The notes under the pieces were generated by a model. That model saw nothing but the letters and a program-made list of their open reading frames with translations, was not told where the DNA came from and made no database searches. From Antedon mediterranea (taxonomy: Eukaryota; Animalia; Echinodermata), in assembly GCF_964355755.1 (NCBI RefSeq), contig NC_092679.1:11453432-11517431 (forward strand): DNA of 64,000 bases, in the 5' to 3' direction. The translations under genes and the position numbers were made by a program. Below are positions 1-14,700 of the stretch, in pieces (position 1 is the stretch's first letter; the number at the start of each line of letters is the position of its first letter).

Positions 1-552
1 ATAGTTCAATTATTTGTTATAAAATACTTTGATTGTCGTCTACTAGTTAAAATCTGTATTGGAAAAAATATTTCTACTATTTTTGTACAATTATTAATGC
101 TGCTAAATATTTACTACCAATAATGTATTTATGAAATGTGTTAGTATAAGTTAACTAATTATGTAAAAAAAATAGTTTTACATATAAAATCTTCCATATT
201 TTTTGACTAATATATATTTTAACATTCTATAAAATATGCAGTTTCGAATGAAATGAGAAAAACTGCCCAGTGATTTACTGAAATGATTAATTTATTATAA
301 GCAAATTGGCGAAAATGAGTCTGCTAAATATATATATATTTTAAATAATCAGTGCTGAAATGTACCAAACAAATAAATGTCTGTTTTTCAGTGTATTTGT
401 CATTTGTGTACATTATTTTCCATCGAAGAGAAGTCTCGTATATTGAAATAATCGTTCAGTTATGGACGAATAAAGAATCTTTAATCCTAAATTATGGATT
501 ATAACATGGATTATAACATGGATTATAACATAGTATAGTTAGATAGAGGGAC

Positions 553-2751
553 TGTTGAACCCACAAATGTGAAAACGCCCACAAATGTGAAAACAACCAC
601 AAATGTGAAAACGCATCACCCACAAATGTGAAAACAACCACAAATGTGAAAACGCATCACCCACAAATGTGAAAACAACCACAAATGTGAAAACGCATCA
701 ACCACAAATGTGAAAACAGCGCCCACAAATGTGAAAACGATCATCGCCCACAAATGTGATAACGCCCACAAATGTAAAAACAAGAGAGACTTTTTCGCCC
801 ACAAATGTAAAAAAATCAGATCAAATTTAATGCTAGATTCAGACAAACATTATATCATGATTGTATTGAGTTGTTTGTTCACGATACGTCTGTTAGGGTC
901 GTCGTTAACACGTTGGATAATAATCATTTGCTGCTCGTGCGCGCGATATTTGCACGTTAACTCGTTTGTTTAATGAACGTAATAGTTCAAGACGATATTT
1001 GTTATTTGCTGCGCGCGTGCACGATACTACAAGGTCAAGGCCATGTTATATCATTGTTGCTTCTACTGTGTGGTTGTTGGCTTACTATTATGTACGTATA
1101 GTTATAAGTCGATGTTCGATATTTTTTTTTTGCGCGCACACGATACAATAAGGTCAAGGTTAAATTGCTACTTGTATGTAGTGTGTGGTTATTAACTCGT
1201 TGGCTTACTGTTATGTACGTATGTTCCAAGTCGATGCTCGATTCGATGTTTTTGGGCGCGTACACGATACTACAAGGTCATATATCATTGCTGCTTGAAG
1301 TGCAGTTGGGCTTACTATATTTATTAGTATTATGTACGTATTATAGCTCCAAGTCGATGCTCGGTGTACACGATACTACAAGATCAATGCTATACTCGTC
1401 GTTCAGTTATTGCAGTAGTTCCTAATGTTCAATTTTTTTACAAAACTATAACCACAAGATAATAATACAAGAGCTAGAGCAAGAACAACTAATAAAAGAA
1501 TATTTCTTTATTTTAGAGCGATAAACAAATTGTAACATAGAATAATACCGTAACACCAATATCCAACCAAACATAATACACGATACGATAGTATCAAACT
1601 TGTCACGAACATGTATTCTATAAAACATACTATGAAATCTATAACAATTATACTAATGGACAAAACTTCCTACTATAGGCCTACTACTATTTACATTCGT
1701 GGTTTAATCTGATGCTTATTGTTTAATTTGTATATCTATTTTTAGCGGATAATTATAAAGATATACGGAGAATAATATTACCTATTGAATGCATTACAAT
1801 TTAACTGATTTACTATCAAACGTATATTCGACAATTTTTATGTATAATATAATTATAAGTAAATAAGTCAACGTACAAGGTATAACGGTATTGTTAATGA
1901 GGAACAAACTGGCTTCATGAATTACCTAACAAAATATTTAAGGAGGAGTTGCAATGCGATTAAATAATGTTATCTACTAATAGTAGGCTTACACTTGATT
2001 GGAGATGCCTATAACACTAATTGTATGAGCATTAGAAGTCATAACAGTAAGCCAACGAGTTAATAACCACACACTACATACAAGTAGCAATTTAACATTG
2101 ACCTTGTTGTATCGTGTGCGCGCAAAAAAAACATCGAATCGAGCATCGACTTGGAACTATACGTACATTTAACAGTAAGCCAACGAGTTAATAACTATAA
2201 TAACCAGTAGAAGCAACAATGATATAACATGGCCTTGACCTTGAAGTATCGTGCACGCGCGCAGCAAATAACAAATATCGTCTTGAACTATTACGTTCAT
2301 TAAACGAGTTAACGTGCAAATATCGCGCGCATGAGCAGAAAATTATAATAATCCAACGTGTTAACCACGACCCTAACAGACGTATCGTGAACAAACAATT
2401 ATTGAAACAACTCAATACAATCATGATATAATGTAGTACCTCGATCAAAATTGTTTGAGTCTAGCATTAAATTTCATCTGATTTTTTTTTTTTTACATTT
2501 GTGGCCGAAAAATTCTCATTTTTTTTTACATTTGTGGGCGTTATCACATTTGTGGGCGATGATCGTTTTCACATTTGTGGGCGCTGTTTATTACATTTGT
2601 GGTTGATGCGTTTTCACATTTGTGGTTGTTTTCACATTTGTGGGTGATGCGTTTTCACATTTGTGGTTGTTTTCACATTTGTGGGTGATGCGTTTTCACA
2701 TTTGTGGTTGTTTTCACATTTGTGGGCGTTTTTACATTTGTGGGTTCAACA
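553..2751. mobile_element. Non-autonomous foldback DNA transposon with TGT...ACA ends, ~650-700-bp inverted arms and a 5-bp TSD (Ginger/TDD-like)
   Basis: Starts TGTTGAACCCACAAATGT (553) and ends ACATTTGTGGGTTCAACA (2751). GGGAC flanks both sides (548-552, 2752-2756). Arms 553-~1214 and ~2041-2751 are reverse complements and carry tandem CCACAAATGTGAAAAC subterminal repeats. No transposase ORF. Superfamily inferred only from termini and TSD length. Confidence 0.85.
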
Positions 2752-3975
2752 GGGACCACTCTTATTCGGTTCACTATAATATCTATGATTATAATTATTA
2801 ACAGTGATAATTATATAATCTCTCACTATTCGACATTTACCAATCACAATCATTACTAATACTCATGATTATCATGGCAGACAGTTACAGCTTTAGTATA
2901 CTGAGTTTTTGGCACAACGTGTTTGCCGGCCGTGTGTTCATATTTAAAGAGACTTGTAACAATGATGATGACTTCTATCTATAATCAAAACAATTAATCA
3001 GGAATCGTATGACAACTTGTGAATCAATACTCAAGTTCGTGTTTAGTAGCCAACAATATGAACTCTAAAAGACTAATAATATGTAAAAATATGAGTTTGA
3101 TTACGGTAAGTCAATTTTGTTTTATTTCACTGTAGATATGACGTCATGATCAATAAGAGCAATACATCGTTGCACCCGTCACGATTATTTGGTTGGACGT
3201 GTGAAACTGTTATTTTCATCATAATGACAATCCCCTGTTCTAGGGTGAAAACATTTATTTTGTGTTATGTAAGAAAAATGCATCCTTTGTAACTGTATTG
3301 TCTTCGATAAACGTAATCTATTATCTTCACCATATAATAGATATCATAATCGCACCAGTTAATAGACACGTTGTGTAGTTGGGCCTACCTATCCAATAAG
3401 GTCTAAAGTCTGAAACTATAGGCCATTGCGTTCTGTAGTCCTAATGTGTAGACATGGATGTGATTTTATTAGGATAATTATTTAGTCCATATACACAGTG
3501 GGACCTCTCGATCATATGTACCGTACGGTATGTGCAATATTTTATAGAATAACGTCATCTGTGAATTACAGAGTTTGTAAATTTGAAATAACTTAATGAA
3601 ACTTTTATCTACTTGTCGCTTCATTATCTGAAGAATACTATACCAATACACCGGCAGAAGATGACCAGGGGCTATCACTCATTCACTCCGTGATTTTGCT
3701 TACTTCTTCATTACATAGTGGTATCCTCTTTACGCACTGTGATATCGACTTAGATAATCATATATAAATAAAAGTAGTGTCCTATCCGTACGCTATTTTT
3801 TATTTATCAAGCATTTTCTGTCGTTAACAACACGTGTTAATCCAATTCTAAGCTAATCACTGTATGGCTGAATCTGCCAACATAGCATCATGTAGTATAT
3901 CATACATTCGTCTTTTACCACAAAATACAGACTGCAATATGATTTACTGTACTTCCTACTTACTGTTAAGGGTTA

Positions 3976-6900
3976 ATGAAAGCGATGAGTACTGGAACCT
4001 TAAACAAGCCTACATATAGGCCTAGTAGTAAATTTAAAGGAGCTTGCCAACAAATCGTTGCTGGAGGTACAGCTGGTGAGTTTACAATTGTTTTATTTCA
4101 AATTATGTAGTATGTTAGCTGATTTTCCATCATGGCTGTGTCATCAGATGAAGTTGTATTTCATTCATAATAATCCTGGATATAGCGCCTAATGTTGTGA
4201 AACCTCTATGCGCTATACGTTATTACTCCGGTCATTTTTTGAGATTAAACACCTATGGAAACATACTCCCATAATGCAGGTAGTAATCAGCGTAAAAGTG
4301 GTTCCCATTTATACACCTGGGTGGAGAGAGGCAAACATAAGTAAAGTATATTGCCTAAGGATACAAGCAATGCGGCTTGAGTTGGATTCGAACCTCTCGG
4401 TCTCAGTAGTCGAACGTCCAACACATTGCGCCACACGCCCTTGTATTCACTAATTAAAATATTCGGAATCTTCCTTTATGATAGAAACATCCAACAAGAA
4501 AAGTTCAGATTAATCATTTATTATAATTACCTTACGAAAGAGAGAACTATGTTATGACACATATTTAATACACTATTTCCTGTCATCTTTAATAATAGTT
4601 ATTTTGTTGTAGAATTAATTGTTATGTATACATTATGTTACTTTAGGTTTTGTTGAAGTTAGTCTTATGCAACCATTGGATTTGATTAAAACAAGGTACG
4701 TTTCCAACCCGTAACAATAACAAGAACAGGAAAATTGCCAGTAAGCTTGCCAAATAGCTAGCTCAGAGCGAAATGTTTTTAGTATATAGTAATGTACCAT
4801 ATATTTATAACCACTTTTTTGTTGTTTTCACAGATTTCAAATTCAGTCCATTCATACAGAACAGTATTCGTCAATAGTTGATTGTGTAAAGAAAATATAT
4901 CAAACTGAAGGGTGAGCAATAGAAAATCAGTAAAATTCATATCTCATTATAACATTACGTAAAAGTTCGGGCGCTATCAGAAGCCCTATTTCACAATACT
5001 CATCCTGCTTCATCGCTGTCGAAATATAAGTGGGGTTAATATTATAAATGTTGTTGCAAAGGTTTATATTTTAGAGACAATACTCGTGTTTATGTGTATT
5101 TTGATGTATAGGCCTACTCTTTTCAATTTTTTAGTGTTTTATCCTTCTACAAAGGAATTTTACCTCCAATTTTGGCCGATATTCCTAAACGTGCAACAAA
5201 ATTCTTCACATTTGAACAGTATAAACAGTTGTTTTCCTTTGGTGCTCCCTCTCCAACTGCTATTGTAAGTATGATTAAAGGATATTCGATAAATAATTTA
5301 ATTTGCTTTCTACATTGATTTAGAAAATAATAAACGAATCAGAAAGCCACTCACTGTAGTTTGTGTTAATTTTTGTGGACGGCTTATGATGTTGTTTACT
5401 GCCCTCTGTCGTCGCGAACTAATTATACAGGTTTACAAAAACCTGATTGCATTGTTGCATTTTGATTGGTTAATGACGCATAATAGTTCGGTAATAGTTC
5501 TACATACAAGAAAAAGTGATATATAATGTCAATGATAATAATTAATGGGCTCTAATGCACTTCCAGCTTTTTGTAAACGTTTTGATAATTTTTGCCACGC
5601 GATAGGTTGTTAAAAATCAACCTGAAGTGTGCGCACGTCAGTTCTTTTCCGCATCCAAAGTTGGAGCACTGTCTTTTTGGCCTAGCTTTCTGGACTAGCC
5701 TTCATAAATGATTTACGATGAATAACATGCATATACATTTATTTCAGACCAATAGGTAGGCCTAAGTAGTCAAAAAGATGAGAAAAACACTACAAACATA
5801 CTATTTATAATATTAAGTGATCTTTTAAAGATTTGCCAAAAGGAAACTCAAGTAAAGGTTCAGGCCTAGGTTGGTGTCAAGGAGGAAGCATGTTATGCAA
5901 TAATTCATAAATAATACATTTAAAAAAAAAATTCTACTACTATAACATTATTTCTAAAGACAACATATCAATTGTATAGGCCAGAATAGCTTAATTTATT
6001 GAGAGAATGTGTATCTGTCCTATCTTCCTTCTGCCTGTTACTGCAGTTTTTCCACTCATACAAATATAATTTTTAAATTTAAATTTTACTACGGATTTAT
6101 ATTATTTATATGTCATACTGATTCGTGAAATAACTCATTTCTAGCTAGCTGTAACTTGATGATTAACGTGCTTGCCTTCCCACGCCGACGTCCAGGATTC
6201 AATCCTGACTTAACTCACTACCCTTTTACTCCACCTATAAGCCTCACATGTATTTAAGCACGATACAGTATAGTTAACCCGTCCTGTATTTGAATGAGAA
6301 TAATTTAAAAAGAAGTAACGTTAATCAATTAAACTTAATTTTTATAGAGCTTCACGTTAGCTGGTTTAGCAGCAGGTGTTACTGAGGGCTTTCTTACTAA
6401 TCCATTTGAAGTTGTTAAAGTTCGACTTCAAGCAGAAAATCAAGCTTTTTCAAAGGTAAGAAAAAGTGGTTGAGCAGAAAATAATAAATAATAAAAGTTT
6501 CAGTAATTTAATTTAATTACGATTAATTAGTTCTAAGGTAAGAAAGAAAAATTAACATTAATTATTGTTTAGTTTTTAAAATATCTTTGTTCATACTCCA
6601 AAAGAAGCCATTGTGTTAGGGCCTCCTGAAAAATAATTTTTTAAACAATATTTCCTTAAATATGACATACAATAGTAGACTTAAAAACATATCGAACCAA
6701 AAATGACATTATTAAATTATAGATTACCTGAAAAAATCGTAATTTTACGAAAACTGTCTTTAAAATTAACATTTTTATTTTGTGTCTTTGTGAACTGTGT
6801 TCTTTTTTTTCTGCGGAAGTAAATAACTACAAATTTGCAAATTCAAAGTTTTATTTTAAGGCCTATTCATCGTTTACATGTTTTGGTTGACAATACAATG

Positions 6901-9860
6901 TTTAACCTAGAAGTAGGTAAGCCTCTATCTAAGTACTTCCCATCTGTATTTATTATTTCGAAAACCCCACCTAGCTTCCCTTCGAGTGTATATCATGGTC
7001 AAACATCTGGAAAATGATCGTACTTTCTTAAAATGACAAACAAACGTATTTTTAACTCTTTTGTTTTCAAGAGAAAAGTAATTTCTGCTCAAAATTTCTA
7101 TCATTCGTTTGCTCTTAAATATTTTGAGCTGATAAAAACGATTGCACATAGAGACACTTGTTAAAACGGCAGTAATTCAAAACACTTATTGTATTGTACA
7201 AAATGTGATTAACGACCAATTTTTAGTGTTCCGTTTATCACACTTATTATTTCGCATTTATCATTGTATAGTAAATGCTTAGATGACATATTCCACATTC
7301 CACAAACCAGTTGTTGGGATATGATCATACATATTATTTTCATTATTATTTAATATACCATTGAGTTAACCCAAGGTAGAGACTTTTAAAGTTGATAAAA
7401 TAACCAATCGCTTTAATAATTTTCCAATGTCCAAGCACCATGCATGAGATATACACAGTTAACACCCACATCAGTAATAATTGGCCCATAAAACAAAAAC
7501 AAAGCCTGAACAGACCCAAATTACAAGTTTATAGCAGTTGATGTTGAATATCGATCATTTTGAGTCTCGACATTTTTGTGTAGAAATTTCCCATTTTGTA
7601 CTACAGTATTATTTAATAATAATATCTTCATTTAGAAAACGTTCAGATCAAATGTGAAGACTAAGTCACTTAAATTTATTTTAATAAAAATTAATTTTTT
7701 TTGCAAAATAATATTTTTAATGAAAATACACATTTTATACAATGTTGAATATAATATATTTGTGTCGAATTTTTTAAATCAATATATACACCACAACATG
7801 TTAAACTTTATTTGATCAAAATACATTTCAAAACATATCAATTTGTCATACAACTTGTAAATCATGTTTTGTGTAAAAAAACAAGTAAATTAACATCGAA
7901 GTGTAAAACAAGATTTACATGTACCCGGTAACAACATGTAATAATAATATAAATCAAGAGTTGATAAATTATTGGTATTTTTTCACCATTATGTTGATTG
8001 ATATTTACAGACATGTTGCACTTGACCCGTAGCAATAAATTCATTTAAATACTCTACACTTATATATTAATAAATCAAATAAATATTTGTCATTGATAGC
8101 AAATTAGTGCGTGGTCTATGGCAAAAGTCATCGTACATGAAAATGGGTTTGGTCTGTCAGGCTTGAATAAAGGCCTCACGTCAACACTTTGTAGACATGG
8201 TGTCTTCAATATGATTCTCTTTGGTTTTTATCACACTATTAAAGTGTATTCAAAGCCATACCAGGTAAGATATGCTCTTTTTAAAATCTCATAATGTATC
8301 TAAATATTTTAATTAATTACTCAAATAAAATATCACTGCATCTTACATCTGATTGTAGTGTTTCTAGATTTACAATGATAATCTATTTAAAATAACATCT
8401 TGTTTTGTCTTTAAACAAAATATAAGTAGTTAGTCACATTGGCAAACATCCTCCTTTAAACAATATCATGTATTAACAAATAAATGAATAACGTTCTTGT
8501 AATTTCAATTTCTAAGCAAAAACAAAATTTATTCAAAATATTTGTTTAATCATGATGTTCATTTTCTCTCTCTTCCTACCTCTCTCTCTGTACTGTATCA
8601 CCCACTAACGTAACAATCTACCACTAATGTCTATGATTTCTTAACATTTTCTCCTGTTGTTACGTTAGTGGTTAACCTTTGTTACGTTAGTGGTTGATGA
8701 AGTTTGTTACGTCAGTGGTTAAACTGTTGTTACGTTAGTAGTTAATGGATTGTTACATTAGTGGTTGATTTTGGTTACGTTAGTGGTTAATGTTACATTA
8801 GTGGTTGGATTTGTTACGTTAATGATTAATGTTACATTAGTGGTTGATTGTTACGTTAATGATTAATGTTACATTAGTGGTTGATTGTTACGTTAGTGGG
8901 TGATACAGGGGCAACTTTTTGTTTGTTTTCTTTGTTATCCTGATTATGTAGCAGTTTAAAAAAATGTTTATCTTGAAATGACGAGGACGAAATATCTTCA
9001 ATGATGCATATTTCTATTGCCAAATATAATCCTTCCATCAAATCTGATTTTGTCATGCTTTAATAGTTGAAATGCTTATTTTTGTTAGGATAAAAAACTT
9101 GAATTTCTTCGTAAATTCATGATAGGTCTTACTGGTGGAAGTATAGCATCATGTAGTAACATTCCATTTGATGTTGCCAAGAGTCGTATACAAGGACCAC
9201 AACCTACTGCTGGCCACATCAAATATAAAACATGTATACGTACTATACATACTATCTACGTGGAAGAAGGGTATGTTTGAAACACTGTTCAGTTGCCTGT
9301 AATATCTAAATTTAGCAGGTAGCCATTTAAAATTCATCTTATATGGTAGTTTTTTAATTTTTCAAAAAAGTGAATTTCCGGTAAGTATAATGAACTTGTA
9401 AGTTGTAATTAGTAATGGTTTATTTTATTCATTAGGATAAAATAATCAACAGTTATTACTATAATTGCATCATCTTTGATTACCAGTATGGATAGCTAAA
9501 CAGTATGATGACAGATAGTTGCGACGGCTTTATTATTAAGTGTATTACCTGTAAATACAATAATTTGTTTACAAATTGCAACGAGGCATAAGTGAAACAG
9601 ACACGTACGTTTTGTAGACATGTGTAGGTTTTATGTGCACGCTTGTCAATGTCAAGTCACAATCTGTAATAATTATATTCGTCGCACTTATACATATCAC
9701 TGTGATAAAGTTGTCGCATTTTGTAATACCTTATCGCAATTTTTAATAAAGTCGTAATAACAGCTGTTGCATATTGTAATGGCTGCATAGCTGAATTAAC
9801 ACATTTTGTAATAACCCTTCTTTCACTTTAATGCGAGTTCCAAGTTGAAATGAAACATTT

Positions 9861-9905
<45 letters not shown>

Positions 9906-10380
9906 TTTATTATTATTATTATTAGTAGTAGTAGTATTATCACTATCATCATCATCATCATTATTATTATTATTATACTGCATCATACAGCGCGAAAACT
10001 CAATATATTATTACAAATAAACGACGAAAGAAAACGCGACGAACAGACAACTGATTAAAACCTGCTACAGATTAATACAAAGTGCTACGATTACAACACT
10101 TGGTGACGTAACAAACACTTCTGTATACAGTGACCAGTGACCTGTCGCACTATACTTCAGGCCGTTGGCCTACGTATTTAAAGGCAATTAAAATCAATAT
10201 GATAGCCAATCTTTCTTAAAATGTATAAACTGTTGGTGTATTACTGTTATGCTTTAACATTTCAGGATAAAAGCTCTGTATAAAGGTCTTACGCCAAAAA
10301 TCATGCGTCTAGGTCCTGGGGGCGCTATAATGCTGCTTGTTTATGAGTACGCGCTTGATTGGTTGCAGAAAAACACTTAA
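3976..10380 (+). CDS. SLC25A21: Mitochondrial 2-oxodicarboxylate carrier (SLC25A21/ODC), 8 coding exons, ~308 aa
   Basis: Exons 3976-4075, 4647-4695, 4834-4911, 5135-5264, 6348-6455, 8100-8264, 9089-9270, 10266-10380 (927 nt; GT-AG, phases match). Translation includes QQIVAGGTAG, the three carrier signatures PLDLIKTR / PFEVVKVR / PFDVAKSR, FYKGILPPILA, RHGVFNM, IQGPQP and LYKGLTPKIMRLGPGGAIMLLVYE, as in ODC. Alternative in-frame ATG at 3985. Confidence 0.95.
4161..4440 (-). mobile_element. tRNA-derived SINE in SLC25A21 intron 1
   Basis: Minus strand begins GGGCGTGTGGCGCAATG (A box), then GGTTCGAATCC (B box). A central CCTCTCTCCACCCAGGTGTATAAATGGG segment resembles conserved SINE cores, and the tail GCGCTATATCCAGGATTATTATGAATGA is L2-like. 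Confidence 0.75.
8594..8907. mobile_element. Small TIR element (TGT...ACA) with tandem subterminal GTTAC(G/A)TTAGTGGTT repeats, in SLC25A21 intron 6
   Basis: TGTATCACCCACTAACGTAACAATC (8594) is the reverse complement of GATTGTTACGTTAGTGGGTGATACA (ends 8907). About a dozen repeat units lie at 8658-8900. No matching TSD. Confidence 0.65.
9860..9976. repeat. Compound (ATC)n/(ATT)n/(AGT)n microsatellite
   Basis: Directly visible trinucleotide runs; explains the poly-Met ORF 9743..9961. Confidence 0.95.
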
Positions 10381-11743
10381 AAAGATGTATGTTATCAAGG
10401 TAAGAGAAAGTACCAATCTTCGATCAATTGTATATTTATCATGTTTATAACCGATATTCCAATGATCAGTTTCTATGTTTTTACAGGATGTTTGTTTCCA
10501 TGGCTGCTTTATCATTTACTGTATGTTTACTAATCTTTTGTTTGTTAAATACTTACAACGAAGCAGATCATATATCAGGATGATATGTATTTGTGTCACT
10601 AGGTATGTATTGGAAACAATGTGACAAAATAATCAAACATTTCTGAGCAATTTCCGAGTGATATTTCACTCTTCCATGGTTTTAGTTTAATTCGCGTAAA
10701 AAAATAAAGCAGGAAAGAATGAGACTACCGAATCTTCTGACAATAATATGACTATGGTGACTCAAGATTTGCGGTGATTATTATGACGATTATTAATTTA
10801 AGTAACAATTTATTAACAACTAAGTAACACTTATTTATATAAAATATCCACATAATACATAACAAGTTTATATAGATCACATTTATTACGAAATACCTAT
10901 AAGGCTTTGATGAAGGTACGATTTTCGCACAGGTATACACCTGCAAAAAATATCACCTTCAACGATGGTTGCACTTTCAATATCAGAATCATAAATATGG
11001 TCAAATATAGGAAATGCATACTTGTTTCAAAAAGTAATTTGCATAATATAGGCCTAATAATAATATTGTTGAAATAAATAAATGTGTTCAACAGCTATAA
11101 GACCAATGACAAATCACTTGTTGTGTTACGTCCTTGTTTTGCATTTCTGAATCAAGTATTAGGCCAAAGTTGAGCTTATGCAGAAGCCCTGTCCGATCAA
11201 CATGTTTATTAAAAAAAATCGTAATAGATTTTGAATACATCGGTAAAAATTCTTGCCGTATTTTCACAGTAATGGTATCTTCTATATATTGCTTGTTTGC
11301 TTTACTTATACTTATGATACTGTACCGTGACTAGCAATGGAATATTATTCACAGAGTGGGTCTTAAACCAACTTTCATAATAGTTATACTGAATAAATAT
11401 GTTTTAAATAAATAAATACAAGTTTAATGATAATGATGGGCTATTGCTACATATATTTAGTGTAATTTTGTTTAATTTAGTTAGTTATTAACGTTCATCT
11501 AAAGCCGAAAAGAAGCAGTGCATATTTACTATATACTTTAAAATCTGTAGTTAGTAAATATGAATATTTGTAATCGTATAATGATACTTTTTCAATTCAA
11601 TTCAAAAGACATTTATTACTTTCTCCTTCACCTTGTCCATAAATTACGAAATGGCATTAACAACCTCCTTTCGATCGATCAAATGAATACCCTTTCTGTT
11701 TACGACGAAAATCTGTAAAATTTGTATTATTGTTTTTTTTTTA

Positions 11744-14700
11744 TTAAGGCGTGGGTATTAACGCCATTGTGCCATGCGTTTGATGGTTTGATACCTTGGT
11801 CATATCAATGCTTCGACCTGAAAACAAAATGAAAAAACTGTTTAGAGCTTCTAACATCAACATACTTTAACAATTATTTTACCAATTTTCATGTAAATGC
11901 TTTAGAACATGCTACACCGGAAATACTCAAAATGTGTGCAGTTATTGTAAAACAGAATAGAAATAAATGAGATATATAAAAGAAACATTTTAATGTTTTG
12001 TAAGACAGTTCAGTTATTTTCATGTAGGCTTACATTTGTTTTGGTTACAAAAAGAATAATTCTTCAGTAGGCCTACCTTTACATAATGAATTGTCTTTAG
12101 AAATAATAATTTTGTTAACATTTCTTCTATGCCTATTATATAAATAAATATGTAGGAAGTATCACAGATAATCATTTCGTGAAGGTGCGGATCTAGAGTC
12201 CCGATAATCTAAAATTACGGGTTTCTCTCATGAATCCACACCTTGTCGTGTGTATTAGCTCACTTACCAATGTTACACGGAAAAGAAGAATTACTAGTTG
12301 TGATATGTTTGTAGGCCAATGGAGATGGTCTTAATACATTATTATTCTCAATACTACATGATGATTCATTTGAAGACCATATCGCCGGTGTCAAAGTGGT
12401 TGGTATTGCTGGGTTAGTATACGGCGGTACATAAGCTGCACTATGATGGTACGCCGGAATCGTCGGTGAAGATACTACAAAATTACCAACTGAACCAGTT
12501 TGCTCCTTTGAAATTATAAATTGTAAAATTAGTATATATAAACATTTTATTGTCATCATTTCATATTTCGCCATAACTAATACCGTATTAATTGCATATA
12601 TGATCATCACCGCAGTGCACTTTATCGCCTTATGTTGTACGACGTATTTCCGGATATACATACTTTTAATGAGGACATAATAATGTATTATAGCAGCTAG
12701 TTCAATTGTAGGCTTACAAGAGTTATTCTGTATACAATAAGATTTTGATATTAAAATAAGATACAGTAACAGGTAACAATAATATAATAGGCCTATATAT
12801 TAATTCGTTCTGTCTTTTATTTACTCAAAAATATTTTCTAAACTTTAAACAAAACAAAAACCATAATATATCAAAGGAAGGTTTAAGAATAGTCACAACA
12901 TTAAATATTTAAATTGTGTAAAATGATAATAACCATACCTTTATATCCGTTTCGTAGTGACCCACGTTACAATTTATCTGATCTTTAAAATTGTTAGGTT
13001 GCCGCCTATAATCAGTTAGGGAGATGGCGTGTGCGTGTGCAGGTATCGTGTTTTCACCAGATGCTGTATATAGACTAGTTGGAAATGAACCTTTAATGAA
13101 ATAAAATAAAACATAATTATTTTACTGACCATTATTCATTTACAGTATTATATCGGTCCTAAAATTGATTGAACCAATGCATTTTTATTACAGACTTTCA
13201 TTTTCTATACACAATATGACCTAGCCAAAACTACAATATACACTATAGTGAAAATAGATTTAATAAAGTAATAATCAAAATATATTTTGTATAATTAAAA
13301 TGAAAAATAAATCACTTAATTGGTTATGTATTCAGAATATTATAAATAAATAATAATTATATAATTTGTTTAAATTCTTTAATTTTGAACTTACAACATA
13401 TCTACACATTGGCCGTTAACGGACAATAAGCATATTATTATGTATTTTCTGCCAACTACTTTATTTATAATTTTAGATTTGAATTTGAGTTTTATTAAAT
13501 ACTCGATCATATCCGCTCCTCCCTTTTCTTTTTAAATTCGACAAATTAGCAAATAATAAATTGATTTCGTACAAACGAACGGTACTATACCTTACGCTGC
13601 CCTCAATTGTCATTAGGGACTACGAAAGCCATAGGACGGTGCTCATGAATAATTTATGCATGAGCTTTAACAAAGTGGGCGGAGCTTAGCGTGAAATTCC
13701 ATCGTCTTAACTTTTAAGACGATAAAGTTGCCATTTTCCCGTTTACGGAGAACGAATAGAAATAAATTTATATATACCTTTAAATATACAGTTTAAATTA
13801 CACTTAAACGTGGAATATTCAGAACTCAAAATGATATTTGAACTTCTGATTTAATTGTTAATAACATTTTACTGGGTTAAAAGCGACGTTTGAATGCGAG
13901 GCACCTAGTCGGCGGAAGGCTAGGCCTATGCTGTATCACCCAGAGCCAAGCGATTCGCGAAATTCACACATTTTAATTATAGCATTGCTTTTCCCTTTCC
14001 TTGTTCTTTCGGGTAACACTAACTCTTCCTTCTTGGAGTACTCAGATAGGCCTAAAACAATTTAGGATAAATTAACAAATAAATTAACCTTTTATTTGCA
14101 TCTGAATGTCAAAGAAACTAAATTAATTATAACTAAAATCGATTTGGAAATATTTGAAAACCAAATACAATTTATTGCAAATTTACACAATACATTTGAG
14201 AAAAATAATCTATTTATTTCTTGTTTGTGGTATCAGGGAAGTAAAACTTATCACGGTTTATCACCGTACATGCGGTTGCACAATATGAAATTGAAGTACA
14301 GTACTACTACTAATTTTAAAATATAGGCCTAAGTAAAGTACAGTAGCCTACTACCGTATGTCATGTAATTTAAAATATAAATAATGTTAATTGATGATTG
14401 ACAATACATAGATAGCAAGTCAACATAAAATAATGAGGGAAAAGGGAAAAAATCGTTTAACAGAAAATAAAGTTAAGAAAGTACAATCCATATAAACATA
14501 ATGTTTAATATGAAAGGTAGATAATATGTGTGTAGTGATGATATGTTAAAGATGGAAATTATCTGTGTAATACAGACAAAATATGACAATAAAGGTGGCA
14601 TAAGCTAAATAAAGTAAAATAATGTAAGTTGGCCTATATCCTGAATGAATGTTGTGTTACATATCCTGAATGAGGAAAAAAAAAATAATGATAAACCAGG

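Noticed and set aside
616-2448. ORFs 616..846, 710..973, 966..1151, 1035..1265, 1165..1425 and 2188..2448
   Set aside because: They are translations of the foldback element's repeats and mirrored arms, with no transposase motifs.
6150-6300. Possible second tRNA-derived SINE (GGATTCAATCC B-box-like)
   Set aside because: Too degenerate to define an A box, ends or tail with confidence.
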